Numbered from the stretch's first letter, positions 9,632-21,700 are shown. The stretch: DNA of 64,000 nucleotides from an uncultured Candidatus Rokubacteria bacterium (GCA_963762145.1 CAVXJS010000009.1:128001-192000), one strand, 5' to 3'. Numbers and translations: made by a program. The notes: generated from the letters alone by a model not told the origin.

Positions 9632-10705
9632 CTAGCCGCGAGCGTCCTCCACTCCCTCGAAGAACTCATCGGCGTGAAACACGCGCGGGACCGAGTCGAT
9701 GTCCCGCAGCATGTAGTGGTGCGCGGTCCCCTCGTACTCCTCGTGGAGACTCACGCGCTCGCCCCGGGCGAGGTCGAGGTACACCGCGGTCATGTTGTGC
9801 TTGCCGGTCAGGTCCAGGAGGTTGGTGCTGGACGTGAAGCGGCCCGCGTTGATCTCGGTGACACGCGGAACCTGGCGCGCGTCCTCCTTGAGGTCCACCG
9901 CGAACACGCCCGAGGCCTTGCGATCGACCGCGCGGATGGCCCGGACCGCGACCTCGAGCACCCGCGGCTCGTGGACGGTCTTGGTGAGCGCGCCCACCGC
10001 CGACACCTCGCTGGGCTGACTGGCGCTGCCGAGGTACGACAGGCGCTCGTACGTCTTCGCGAGGGCCAGGCGGCCGTCCTTCCACACGCTCTGGCAGCCG
10101 AAATCACGGCCCGGCAAGTACTCGGACAGGGTGAACGCGGAGACCGGGATCCCCCGCATCGTGCGCCAATATCCGATCCAGCTTCGAGCCTGGTCCGGCC
10201 CCGCGACCGGCGCCGCGCCCCGCGAGCCCGCACCCGTGCGGATGCGACACCACGCGCGGGCCGGATTTCCCAGCCGCTCGAAGATGCGCTCGAGCCGCCG
10301 CAGGTCGGTCACCCGATGGGTCGCGGGCGCGGGCACGCCGCGCGCCCGCAGCCACTCGATGAGGACGTACTTGTCGCCGCAGCGCTCCACCGTGGCGGCC
10401 CGGGGAAGGAAGAGCCGCCCGTCGAGCGCGCTCCGCGCGCGCGAGAGCGCGGCGACGTCTCCGTCGCCGGCGGGGATGACGAGGTCGATCCGCTCCGCTT
10501 CCACGATCCGGCGCAGCGAGCGACGCCACCCCGGATGCGCGATCGGAGGGACGAGATAGTTGCGATCCGCGGTGGAGTTCTTGAGGATGAACTGGTCGTC
10601 GTGGCAGCCGACGATGGTGAGCCCCGCGGTCCCCGCCCGGAGACTCCGCATGAGGTTGACACTCGCTCCGCTGCCCGCGCTCGTAACGAGCAACCGCGCG
10701 TCCAT
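9632..10705 (-). CDS. ATP-grasp domain protein (CarB-like subfamily)
   Basis: LLVTSAGSG, IDLVIP, CGDKY, GAGSRG loop, LSEYLPGRDF, VDLKED..VTEINAGRF (ExNxR motif). Confidence 0.85.
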   Translation of the reverse strand: MDARLLVTSAGSGASVNLMRSLRAGTAGLTIVGCHDDQFILKNSTADRNYLVPPIAHPGWRRSLRRIVEAERIDLVIPAGDGDVAALSRARSALDGRLFLPRAATVERCGDKYVLIEWLRARGVPAPATHRVTDLRRLERIFERLGNPARAWCRIRTGAGSRGAAPVAGPDQARSWIGYWRTMRGIPVSAFTLSEYLPGRDFGCQSVWKDGRLALAKTYERLSYLGSASQPSEVSAVGALTKTVHEPRVLEVAVRAIRAVDRKASGVFAVDLKEDARQVPRVTEINAGRFTSSTNLLDLTGKHNMTAVYLDLARGERVSLHEEYEGTAHHYMLRDIDSVPRVFHADEFFEGVEDARG

Positions 10706-10825
10706 CGGCGCGGAGCCTAGACGATATCCAGCGCGACCGCAAGCGTCCCGCGCGCCCGACGATGGCGCTGTGCTTACTGGGTCCGGGCCCAAGCGCGAAT
10801 CACTTCACGCGCTTCCCGTCATGCG

Positions 10826-10862
10826 AAAAAAGAAACGGGCCGGGTCCTGGAGACCCGGCCCG
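10826..10862 (-). terminator. Rho-independent terminator after ior-sodC
   Basis: Perfect 11-bp stem CGGGCCGGGTC/GACCCGGCCCG followed by TTTCTTTTTT on the minus strand. Confidence 0.85.
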
Positions 10863-10886
10863 CGCGATCGTCTCGCCGGCCCGCGA

Positions 10887-11408
10887 CTACTTCGCGATGA
10901 CCCCGCAGGCGATGCGCCCGCCGCTGTTGCCGGTGGGATCGGTCTTGTCGTCGTCGGGATTGGCGTGCACGACGAGCGAGGTCGGCTTGTCGCCGAGCAC
11001 CGAGTTGGGACCGGGGCTCAGGGTGAAGGCCTTCGTGGTGATGTCGATGCCGCCCTCACCCGACGCCGCCACCACCAGGTTGGGCAGGTCGCCCGCGTGC
11101 GGGCCGGCCGGGTTCTGGCGGCCGTGCTGCTTGCCGGTGGGGTTGAAGTGCGCGCCCGCCGACGTGAACTCCGGCGGCTCGCACAGCCCGACCGCGTGGA
11201 TGTGCAGCCCGTGCCCGCCCGGGGGCAACCGGTAGCCGGTCACCGCCAGGCGCACGCCTTCCGGGGTCTCGATGAACGTCGCCACGCCCACCGGCTTGCC
11301 GTCCTTGTCCTTGAGAGCCGCCTCGGCCGACAGCGGTCCCCGGTCGCCGGGCGTGCTCGCGCATCCGGCCAGCATTGCGGCCACCCCGAGCAGCAGTAGT
11401 GGTCTCAC
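10887..11408 (-). CDS. sodC: Cu/Zn superoxide dismutase, lipoprotein
   Basis: LAGC lipobox; GLHIH, GAHFNP..HG..HAGDLPN, LVVH, GNSGGRIACGVI. Confidence 0.95.
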   Translation of the reverse strand: MRPLLLLGVAAMLAGCASTPGDRGPLSAEAALKDKDGKPVGVATFIETPEGVRLAVTGYRLPPGGHGLHIHAVGLCEPPEFTSAGAHFNPTGKQHGRQNPAGPHAGDLPNLVVAASGEGGIDITTKAFTLSPGPNSVLGDKPTSLVVHANPDDDKTDPTGNSGGRIACGVIAK

Positions 11409-11427
11409 CGTTGAGTGCCCTCCTCGT

Positions 11428-14400
11428 TCAGTTGAGCTGCGCGATGAGCTGCTTGGCCTTCTCCCGGAACCGCGCCACGCCCTCGAGCTTGATGTGCTCG
11501 TAGCCGCGGATCTCGTCCGGCAGCTCGGCGAGGGTCACCGCCGCGCGGTGCGTGACGGGGCTGAGCCGCACGAGCGCGGTCTCGATGAGCTGGCGGTACT
11601 CGGCGATGAGTGCCCGCTCCACCTTCCGCACCTCCGCGTAGCCGAAGGGATCGAGCGAGGTGCCCCGGAGGCCCTTCATGGCGCGGAGCATCCGGAAGGC
11701 GGGCGCGAACCAGGCGCCGAGCCGGATCTTCTTCTTGAGGCCGAGCGCGCGCAGGAGCGGCGGGTGGAGGTGCCAGTACGTACGGACCTTCTGGCCGAAC
11801 TTCGCCTGGAGCTGCGCGTCCACCGCCGCGTCGAGATGCAGGCGTGCCACCTCGTACTCGTCCTTGTAGGCCATGAGCTTGTAGAGGTGCCGCGCGACGG
11901 ACTCCGCGAGCCCCGCGCTGCCGGGCGCGCGCTCCACCTCCACCTGGACCACGCGGCGGACGAAGTCCACGTACTCGCCCGCGTAGGCCGCGTTCTGGTA
12001 CGCGATCAGCTCGGGCACGCGGATCTCGAGCAGGCGCCGGAGCTCTCCCGACGCTTCCACGCGATCCACCAGCGCCCGCGCCTCCGCGCTCAGCACGCGC
12101 GGGGCCTCGACCGCCTGCGCGGTGGCCTGGGCCACCGCGGCCTCCACCTGCGGTGCGGTCGACCACCGCCATCCGGCCCCACCGGAAGGCGAGCACGTTC
12201 ATGTCCACCGAGACGCCGTTGATCCGGATGGCCCGCTCGATGGCCGCGGCCGAGATCGGCAGCGCGCCCGCCTGGAAGGCGGCCCCGAGCATGATCGGGT
12301 TCACCGCCATGTGGTCGCCGAAGAGCCCCTCCGCGATGGCCTGGGCGTCGAGGTAGACGTTGTCGGATCCTTCCGGGTCACCCGGTCGATGCTCATCAGC
12401 ATGCTGCTGAGCTCGGGGAAGTGCACCGCGGTGTCCACCACCATCTGGCCGGTGGGGATCTGGCTCGTGGAGACCACCGCGATGGTGCGGCCCGATTCGG
12501 CCTTGTCCAGGTTGACCGGATCGGTGGACACCAGGAGGTCGAAGCCCAGGTAAAGGTCGGCGGCCTCCCGCCGAGATCTTGTTCGCGCGCTCGATCGGCT
12601 CGGAGCCGATCTTGAGGTCGGAGACCACCGGCCCGCCCTTCTGGCTGAGCCCGGTCTGGTCGAGCCCGCGCACGTGCCGGCCGTCGAGCATGGCCGCGGT
12701 GCCGAGGATCTGGTTCATGGTGACGACCCCGGTGCCGCCGATGCCCATCATGTGGAGCGCGAAGCCCTCGCCGGGCACCTTCAGCACCGGCTCGGGCAGC
12801 TCGACGTCGAGCGGGCGTGAGCCGCCGCTCCTTCTTCGCCGCGGGCGCGGCGCCCTCGATGGTCAGGAACGACGGACAGTCGCCGAGCAGGCACGAGTAG
12901 TCCTTGTTGCACGACGACTGGTGGATCGCGGTCTTCCGTCCGAACTCGGTGTCGATCGGCTGCACGGACAGGCAGTTCGACTTCTTGCCGCAGTCCCCGC
13001 ATCCCTCGCACACCCGCTCGTTGATGAAGACGCGGGTCGTCGGGTCGACCATCTTGCCGCGCTTGCGCAGCCGCCGCTTCTCCGCCGCGCAGTGCTGGTC
13101 GTGGATCAGCACCGTGACGCCCGCTGATGGCCGCGAGCAGGGACTGGGCCTCCAGCAGCCGGTCGCGATGCCAGACCTCCGCGTTGCCCGCGATCGAGAT
13201 CCCCGAGTACTTGGCCGGATCGTCGGTCGTGATGATGATCCGCTTGACCCCTTCGGCCTCGAGGCGCCGGCTGAGCGCGGGAATGGGGAGAGCTCCCGCC
13301 GCGTTCTGGCCGCCGGTCATCGCGACCGCGCCGTTGTAGAGGATCTTGTAGGTGATGTTCACCCCGGAGGCCACCGCGTAGTTCAGCGCGAGCCCGCCCG
13401 AGTGGAAGAACGTCCCATCGCCGATGTTCTGGAAGAGGTGCGGCGTCTCGGTGAACGGCGCGATCCCGACCCACTGCGCGCCTTCCGCGCCCATGTGGGT
13501 CACCCCGATGATGCCGCGGTCCATCCCCATCGCCATGCCGTGACAGCCGATGCCCGCGGCGGCCACGCTGCCCATCCGGGATCACGGTGGAGCGGTTGTG
13601 GGGGCAGCCCGAGCAGAAGAACGCGGAGCGGGCCAGGGTCAGCGTCTTCGGGCGGCGCTTGAGCTCGTCGAGGTGCTGGATGCGCGCCTCGACCGAGTCG
13701 ATCCTGACGCGGCGGGCGAGGCGCCGGGCGATGGCGCGCGCGATGAGGTCGGAGTCGAGCTCGCCGACCGGGGACAGCAGGGGCCGGTCCTCCTCGTCGA
13801 GCTTGCCCACCACCTGCGGCCGGTCCGCCTGTCCGTAGAGCACGTCCTTGCAGAACATCTCGAGGAACGAGCGCTTCTCCTCCACGACGAGGATCTCCTG
13901 CAGCCCGCGCCCGAACTCGCGCACGATGCGCGGCTCCATCGGGAACAGCATGCCGATCTTGAGGATGCGGATGCCGTAGCGGCGCAGTGCCCCGTCGTCG
14001 AGCCCGAGCTCGACGAGGGCCTGGCGCACGTCGTAGTAGGTCTTGCCGCTCGTGACGATGCCGAGCCACGCGTTCGGCGACGCGATCGTGATCCGGTTGA
14101 GCTTGTTCTCGTACGCGTAGCGGCGGGCCAGCTCGAGGCGCGCCCCGTGAATCGTGCGCTCCATGTCGAGGCCGTAGGGCGGGATCAGGTTCACGTTGAT
14201 CTGGTGCTGGAAGGGCTTCCCGTCCAGCTCCACCACCGGGATGATCGGGCTCACGCGCTCCGGATCCACCTCGGCGGTGCCCGCCTCGTCCGCCACGTTC
14301 GTGACGATCTTGACGCCCACCCAGAGACCGGACGTGCGCGAGAGCATGAAGCCGTGCAGGCCGAGATCCAGGATCTCCTGCACGTTGCCCGGGTAGAGCG

Positions 14401-14914
14401 TGGGCATCAGGGCGTCGTAGAGCGCGACCTCGGAGTGACTCGGCAGGGTCGACGACTTGGACAGGGGATCGTCCCCGGCGAGCGCGAGCACGCCGCCGTT
14501 CTTGCCCACGCCCGCGTAGTTGGCGTGCTTGAAGACGTCGCCGGAGCGATCCACGCCGGGCGCCTTGCCGTACCACATGCCGAGCACGCCGTCGAACCGG
14601 GGATTCGGGAAGAGTCCCGCCATCTGGCTGCCGTACACCGCGGTGGCGCCCAGATCCTCGTTGAGCCCGGAAGAGAACACGACGTCGTGGGCGCGGAGCA
14701 GCGTGGTCATCCGCTCGAGCGTCTGGTCGAGCCCGCCGAGGGGGGAGCCTCGGTAGCCCGAGATGAACGTCGCCGTCTTGAGGCCCCGCCGGATGTCGGC
14801 GCGATGCTGATCGAGGGGGAGCCGGACCAGCGCCTGGATGCCGGACAGATACACGCGTCCGCGGTCCTGGGTGTACTTGTCCTCGAGCGAAAACTCTCCG
14901 GTCGGTGTGGTCAT
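11428..14914 (-). CDS. Fused indolepyruvate:ferredoxin oxidoreductase family protein, frameshifted
   Basis: [38 protein letters not shown] (TPP site), CEGCGDC..C (Fe-S), [22 protein letters not shown]. Confidence 0.92.
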
Positions 14915-14961
14915 GAGCTCCCCTTGTGGGGTGGCGACGTTAGACAACGAACGACGGCCAT

Positions 14962-14990
14962 ATAGTAGTCGGGAAAGGCGTTTCGAGCAA
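14962..14990 (-). promoter_or_regulatory. Sigma70-type promoter for ior
   Basis: TTGCTC-N17-TACTAT on the minus strand. Confidence 0.55.
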
Positions 14991-15067
14991 TAGGCGCGCA
15001 CCGGTCGCCCGCAGATTCAGAACGGTTGTTGGCAGATCCACGAATGGTTGACCGCCATCTGGGGGAG

Positions 15068-15097
15068 TGCGGGGGCCATTTCTGGGCCCCCGCATTT
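15068..15097. terminator. Intergenic hairpin downstream of tesA (terminator or REP-like)
   Basis: 10-bp stem TGCGGGGGCC/GGCCCCCGCA with a 7-nt loop, followed by TTT on the + strand. Confidence 0.5.
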
Positions 15098-15132
15098 AAT
15101 AGAGCTTAAAGAACTAGACGGTTGTCCGCGCG

Positions 15133-15747
15133 CTACTTCCGCAGCAGCGGCACGAGAAACGGCCACAAGTTGTCCACCACGATCGCGTACCCCTCCGCGG
15201 TGGGGTGAATGCCGTCGGGCTGGTTGAGGCGGGGAATGGCCCCGACGCCTTCGAGAAAGAACGGCAGGTAGGGCGCGTTGCGGGCTCGCGCCACCTCGCT
15301 GAAGAGCCGGCGAAAATCATCGGCGTAGGGAGCGCCGTAGTTCGGGGGCAGGCGCATGCCCGCCACGAGCACACGGGCGCCGGCCGCCTGGAAGCGCGTC
15401 ACGAGCTGATCCAGGTTCGCCCGTACCGAGGCCAGGTTCTGGCCGCGGAGGGCGTCGTTCACGCCCAGCTCCAGGATCACGATCTCGGGCTTGAGGCGCA
15501 GCGCCCAGTCCACGCGGCGGAGCCCGCCCGCGGTGGTGTCGCCCGACACGCCGGCGTTGACGACCTTGTACGGGTAGCCCTCGCGCCGGAGCCGCGCGTC
15601 GAGCAGCGCGGGATAGGTCTGATCGACCGGCACGCCGAGCCCCGAGGTGAGGCTGTCGCCGAAGGCGACGATGACGCGTTCCGAGGCCGCCGCCTCGCCG
15701 GTCGCGAGCTGCAGCACCAGCAGGAGCAGCCAGACGAAGCCGCGCAT
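15133..15747 (-). CDS. tesA: Arylesterase/thioesterase I, SGNH-GDSL family
   Basis: Signal peptide, FGDSLTSG, NAGVSGDTT, ELGVND, DGIHP. Confidence 0.92.
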   Translation of the reverse strand: MRGFVWLLLLVLQLATGEAAASERVIVAFGDSLTSGLGVPVDQTYPALLDARLRREGYPYKVVNAGVSGDTTAGGLRRVDWALRLKPEIVILELGVNDALRGQNLASVRANLDQLVTRFQAAGARVLVAGMRLPPNYGAPYADDFRRLFSEVARARNAPYLPFFLEGVGAIPRLNQPDGIHPTAEGYAIVVDNLWPFLVPLLRK

Positions 15748-15754
15748 GCCGCTA

Positions 15755-15769
15755 GTGTAGTATGGGCGG
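15755..15769 (+). repeat. Direct repeat, left of the TIGR03790-like gene
   Basis: GTGTAGTATGGGCGG; partner copy at 16834-16848. Confidence 0.7.
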
Positions 15770-15799
15770 CGAGCGCCCGAAGCGGGGAGCGGACGGTAC

Positions 15800-16810
15800 G
15801 TGCGCACGATCCGGACATCGACGATCCACCTGCTCGTCCTCGGGGCCCTCCTCGCCCCCGCCCCCGCGGTGGCCCTCGGTCCCGAGCAGACCGCCGTGAT
15901 CGTCAACACCGCGGATCCGTATAGCGTGGAGATCGGCGCCTACTATGCCCGCCGGCGGGGCATCCCGCCCGGCAACGTGGTGTTCGTCAGGCTGCCGGTG
16001 GGCGAGAACGAGATCAGCCGCCAGGACTTCGAGAGCGCCCGGGCGGAGGTGGACGCTCGCCTCCCCGCGACCATCCAGGCGCTGGCCCTCGCCTGGACCA
16101 CGCCGTTTCGAGTCGACTGCCTGTCGATCACCACCGCGTTCGCGTTCGGCTTCGATTCGGCCTTCTGCGCCCAGGGCTGCCGGCCCACGCGGCGGAGCCC
16201 GTACTACAACGCTCCGAGCCGCGCCCCGTTCTCCGACCTGAAGCTCCGACCCGCCATGCTCCTGGCCGGCCAGAGCGTGGACGAGGGCAAGGCGGTGATC
16301 GACCGCGGCGTCGCCGCCGACGGCACATTCCCGGACGGGACCGCGTACCTGCTCTCCACGTCCGACCGGGCCCGCAACACGCGGGCGGCGGGCTACGCGC
16401 AGATCGACGCGCTGAAGCCCTCCGTGCGGGTGGAGCGGCTCGAGGCGGACGCGCTCCGGGATCGCCGCGACGTGCTCTTCTACTTCACCGGCCTCCCGGT
16501 CGTCGCGGGGCTCGAGAGCCTTCGCTTCCGCCCCGGCGCCATCGCCGACCACCTCACCTCGAGCGGCGGCGTGCTGACCGGGCAGTCCCAGATGAGCGCG
16601 CTCCGGTGGCTTCAAGCCGGCGCGACCGCCAGCTACGGCACGGTGGCGGAGCCGTGCAACTTCCCCGCGAAGTTCCCGCATCCCGCCCTGGCGATCACGC
16701 GATACACGCGCGGCGAGACCCTGCTCGAGGCCTACTGGAAGAGCGTGGCCATGCCCGGACAGGGCGTGTTCGTGGGCGAGCCCCTCGCCGCGCCGTTCCG
16801 CGCCCGCTAG
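15800..16810 (+). CDS. TIGR03790-like exported protein
   Basis: Signal peptide, AVIVNTADPYSVEIGAYYARRRGIP, PGAIADHLTS, GATASYGTVAEP, GEPLAAPF. Family recognised from memory. Confidence 0.8.
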   Translation: MRTIRTSTIHLLVLGALLAPAPAVALGPEQTAVIVNTADPYSVEIGAYYARRRGIPPGNVVFVRLPVGENEISRQDFESARAEVDARLPATIQALALAWTTPFRVDCLSITTAFAFGFDSAFCAQGCRPTRRSPYYNAPSRAPFSDLKLRPAMLLAGQSVDEGKAVIDRGVAADGTFPDGTAYLLSTSDRARNTRAAGYAQIDALKPSVRVERLEADALRDRRDVLFYFTGLPVVAGLESLRFRPGAIADHLTSSGGVLTGQSQMSALRWLQAGATASYGTVAEPCNFPAKFPHPALAITRYTRGETLLEAYWKSVAMPGQGVFVGEPLAAPFRAR

Positions 16811-16833
16811 GACCGGGTGCGGCCCGCCGGGCC

Positions 16834-16848
16834 GTGTAGTATGGACGG
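16834..16848 (+). repeat. Direct repeat, right of the TIGR03790-like gene (contains a -10-like TAGTAT)
   Basis: GTGTAGTATGGACGG, 14/15 identical to 15755-15769. Confidence 0.7.
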
Positions 16849-16852
16849 GACC

Positions 16853-17514
<662 letters not shown>

Positions 17515-17518
<4 letters not shown>

Positions 17519-20005
17519 GCCGCTTCGTCTTCCGGCTCGCGTGGCGGGAGACGCGCGGGGCGTGGCGGCACTTCGGCTACTTCTTCGCCTGCATCACCCT
17601 GGGCGTCAGCGCGCTGGTCGGGGTGGGCAGCTTCGCGGACAGCCTCGAGCGCACCGTCGCCCGCTCCGCCCGGGCGCTGATGGGCGGCGACGTCGAGATC
17701 CGCGGCACGCAGCCCCCGCCCCCGGACGCGGCGCCCCTGCTCGCGGAGTCGGACACCACGCGCGTGCGCGAGATGGTGGCCATGGCGCAGGCGGGCCCGG
17801 GGCAGAGCCACATCGTCGAGCTCAAGGCGGTGGAGCCTGGCTATCCCTTCTACGGCGCGCTCGTGACCGAGCCGGCGCGCCCGCTCGAGACCCTGATCGG
17901 CGAGGGCCGTGCGCTCGTGCACGACTCGCTCCTCGCCCGCTTCGACCTCCGGGTCGGCGACCGCCTCCGCGTGGGCGACCTCGAGCTGATCATCAGCGGG
18001 GTGATCCAGAAGGAGCCGGACCGTGCGATCGGCGTGTTCTCGCTGGGCCCGCGGGTGCTGATCGCGGGCGCGGACCTCGACCGCACCGGGCTGCTCCGTC
18101 CCGGCAGCCGGGTGCGCTACCGCACGCTGGTGCGCCTCCCCGAGGGCGGCGACGCCCAGGCCTTCCGCGACCGGCTCGCGGCCGCGCTCCCCGCGGGTCA
18201 GCGCGTGTCGACCTACGGCCAGGCCCAGCCCGGCCTGCGACGATTCTGGGATCAGCTCACGATGTACCTGGGGCTCACCGGGCTGGTGGCGCTGATGGTG
18301 GGCGGCATCGGGGTCGCGGTGAGCGTGAACGCCTTCGTGCGGCAGAAGCTGGCGTCGATCGCCATCCTGAAGGCGCTCGGGGCGGGCTGGCGGCCGCTGC
18401 TCGCCGCGTACCTGCTGCAGACCGCGCTGCTCGGGCTGGGCGGCAGCGTGCTCGGCGCGATCCTGGGCAGCGCGGTCCAGCCCCTGCTCGCGCCCACGCT
18501 CACGCGCCTCCTGCCGATCGAGCTGACGCTGTCGTTCTCTCTTCGCGCGGTCCTGCGCGGCCTCGCGATGGGGGTGGGCGTGACCCTGCTCTACGCCCTC
18601 TGGCCGCTACTGCAGATCCGGTACGTCCCGCCGGCCCTGATCCTGCGCCGCGAGGTGGAGCCGCGCCTGCGCGGCCGCCGTCCGTGGGCCGCCGCGCTCC
18701 CGCTCGCGGCCGGCCTCGCCGCGCTCGCGCTCTGGCAGGCCGGCTCCTGGAAGATCGGCGCGCTCTTCGCGGGCGGCCTCGCCGCCGCGCTGATCCTCCT
18801 GGCCCTCGGCGCCCGCCTCGTCATCGCGCTGGCGCGCCGCGTGCGCTGGCGCTCGCCCGCCTGGCGGCAGGGCGCGGCCAATCTCCACCGCCCCGGCAGC
18901 CACGCGGGTCCGGTGCTGGTCTCGCTCGGCCTGGCGGTGATGCTCGTCGTCTCCATCGCCCTGCTCGACCGGAGCCTGCGCGCGCAGCTCGTGGACCGCG
19001 CCCCCGGCAGCGCCCCCGCGTTCTTCTTCATCGACATCCAGACGGACCAGGCCGAGCCCTTCGCGCGGCTCGTGGCGGCCAGCGGCGCGACCTCGCCCGC
19101 GGAGCTGACGCCGGTGGTGCGCTCGCGCCTGGCCGCGGTCAACGGGGTCTCGATCGCGCAGGACGAGCGCGCGCGACGGGAGGACGCGTGGTACCTCACG
19201 CGCGAGTACGTGCTGACCTGGGCCGAGAGGCCGCCCGGGCACAACACGGTCGTGGCCGGCCGCTGGTGGACGCCCGAGGAAGCGGCCCGCGAGCCACTGA
19301 TCTCGGTCGAGGAGGAGATCGCGCGCCAGCTCGGGGTGGGGCTCGGCGACACCCTCACCTTCGACGTGCAGGGGGTGCCGGTGAGCGCGCGCGTGACGAG
19401 CCTGCGCCACGTGGACTGGCGCTCGCTCACGTCCAACTTCTTCGTGATCTTCTCCCCGGGCGCGCTGGAGGGCGGCGCCGAGCACCTTCATCGCCACGGT
19501 GGGCGCGCGGCCCGAGCAGGAGAACCGGCTGCAGGCCGCGGTGGTGGCCGCGTTCCCGAACATCACCGCGATCCCGATCCGAGAGGTGCTCGAGCGCGTC
19601 AACGCGATGCTCGACCAGATCGCCCTCGCGGTCCGGCTGGTGGCCGCCTTCAGCATCGGGGCCGGGCTCATCGTGATGGCGGGCGCGCTCGCGATCACCC
19701 GGCAGCAGCGGCTCTACCAGTCCGTGATCCTGAAGGCGCTCGGCGCGACCCGCGGCTTCGTCTCCCGCGTGTTCGCGGTGGAGTACGCGCTCCTCGGCGC
19801 CGCCGCCGGGCTGGCGGGCAGCGCGCTGGCCGCGCTCCTGGCCTGGGCGGTGCTCCGCTGGGCGCTCGAGGTGCCCTGGCGCTGGGCCCCCGGCACGCTG
19901 CTCGCCGGGGTGGCCACCGCCACCGCGCTCGCGCTGCTGGTGGGCTTCCTGGGCACCCGGCGCCTGCTCGGCCGCCGGCCGCTCGGCGTGCTCCGAAGCG
20001 AGTGA
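17515..20005 (+). CDS. ybbP: FtsX-like ABC permease (YbbP-like), one frameshift near 19475
   Basis: [35 protein letters not shown] twice; C-terminus continues in ORF 19499-20005. Confidence 0.87.
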
Positions 20006-20805
20006 CGCTGCTCGAGCGGCTGCGCGCGCTCTACCCGGAGGCGTCGGGTCGGAGCCTCAAGCAGTGGCTCGAGGCGGGGCGCGTGGAGGTCAACGGCCGG
20101 CCCGCCAAGGACGGGCGGCTCGCGCTGACCGCGGACGACGCGGTCGCGCTCGCCGCGCGCCGGGCCGCGCCCTTCCCGCGCGGCCTCTCGCTCGTGCACG
20201 AGGACGAGACGATCCTCGTCGTGGCCAAGCCGTCCGGCCTGCTCTCGATCGCCACCGATCGCGAGCGGGAACGCACCGCCTACCGTCTGCTCTGGGACTA
20301 CCTGGCCGCCAAGCGCCAGCGGCCCTTCATCGTCCACCGCCTCGATCGCGAGACGTCGGGGCTGCTCGTCTTCGCCAAGTCCGAGGAGACGAAGCGGGCG
20401 CTCCAGGCGCAGTTCGAGGCCCGCAGCGTGGAGCGCGTGTACCTGGCGCTGGTCGAGGGCGGCCCGCCCGACGAGCGCGGCACCCTCGAGAGCACGCTCG
20501 CGGAGGATCGCATGCTGCGGGTGCGGTCGGCCGAGAAGGGCCGCCAGGCCATCACCCACTACCGCGTGCTGCGGCGGCGGCGCGAGGGCTGCCTGCTCGA
20601 GCTCCGCCTCGGCACCGGGCGGCGGCACCAGATCCGCGTGCAGCTCGCGGAGGCGGGGTGGCCGATCGTCGGCGACGTCACCCACGGCGGCGCCCGGGGC
20701 AGCGCCGGGCGGCTGTGCCTGCACGCCACGCGGCTCGGCTTCGTGCATCCGGCGACCGAGCGGCAGGTCGTCTTCGAGAGCGCGCCGCCCGCCGACTGGG
20801 TATAA
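20002..20805 (+). CDS. RluA family pseudouridine synthase
   Basis: KPSGLLS, VHRLDRETSG (catalytic Asp), TGRRHQIRVQL, PIVGD, LHATRLGF. Confidence 0.92.
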   Translation: MTLLERLRALYPEASGRSLKQWLEAGRVEVNGRPAKDGRLALTADDAVALAARRAAPFPRGLSLVHEDETILVVAKPSGLLSIATDRERERTAYRLLWDYLAAKRQRPFIVHRLDRETSGLLVFAKSEETKRALQAQFEARSVERVYLALVEGGPPDERGTLESTLAEDRMLRVRSAEKGRQAITHYRVLRRRREGCLLELRLGTGRRHQIRVQLAEAGWPIVGDVTHGGARGSAGRLCLHATRLGFVHPATERQVVFESAPPADWV

Positions 20806-20839
20806 TCCGCGCGGTCGCGGGGATCTCCCCCGATCACCA

Positions 20840-20874
20840 CCCCTCACCCTGCCCTCTCCCCTGAGGGGAGAGGG
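20840..20874 (+). repeat. REP-like palindromic element
   Basis: CCCCTCACCCTGCCCTCTCCCC-TGA-GGGGAGAGGG; same element occurs at 26298-26378. Confidence 0.8.
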
Positions 20875-20894
20875 GGAAAAGGACCGGAGGCACT

Positions 20895-21693
20895 ATGGCT
20901 GGGTCGCCGTTTTCCATCGAGGACAAGGTCGCCATCGTCACCGGCGGCGGGGTCGGCATCGGCAAGTCCATCGCGCTCGAGTTCGCCCGCGCGGGCGCCG
21001 ACGTGGTGATCGCGAGCCGCAAGATCGAGAATCTCGAGCCGGTCACCGCCGAGATCCAGAAGCTGGGCCGCCGCTCCTTCTGCGTGGCGCTCGACGTCCG
21101 CCAGGAAGACCAGGTCAAGGACCTGGTCGGAGCGCACCGTGAAGGAGATGGGGCGGCTCGACGTCATGATCAACAACGCGGGCGCCTCGTTCCGCGCCAA
21201 GGTCGAGGACATCTCGGCCAACGGCTGGAACACGGTGGTCGGGATCAACCTGAACGGCACCTTCTTCGGCTGCAAGTGGGCCGCCAAGCAGATGATGGAC
21301 CAGCCGGGCGGCGGGTCGATCATCAACATCTCGTCGATCGCGGGCGTCTACGGCTCGACCATGATGTCGCACTACGGCGCCTCCAAGGCCGCGGTGATCA
21401 ACTTCACCCGCGCGCTCGGCATGGCGTGGGGCCGCAAGGGCGTGCGGGTCAACTGCATCGCGCCCGGCCCGGTGGAGACCGAGGGCTATCTCGGCGTCCT
21501 CACCAAGCAGGACCCGGCCGCGGCCAAGAAGGCCTACGACACGGTGGCCAGCCGCGTGGGCATGGGCCGCTGGGGCAAGGTGGAGGAGATCGCGTATCCG
21601 TGCATCTTCCTCGCCTCCGCCGCGTCCTCGTTCATGACCGGCGAGACCATCGTCATCGACGGCGGAGCCGCGCCCCAGCTCGGCGACGGCTGA
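20895..21693 (+). CDS. SDR family NAD(P)-dependent oxidoreductase, frameshift near 21130
   Basis: IVTGGGVGIG, NNAG, YGASK, VNCIAPG. Confidence 0.92.
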
Positions 21694-21700
21694 GGCGGCC

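Noticed and set aside
10763-10777. Second sigma54 promoter (TGGCGCTGTGCTTAC)
   Set aside because: It lacks the -12 GC and points away from the ATP-grasp gene.
4339-10792. CGGGCCCAA 9-bp direct repeat as a target-site duplication around the mucR-ATP-grasp block
   Set aside because: A short GC-rich match is plausible by chance, and there is no integrase, transposase or terminal inverted repeat.
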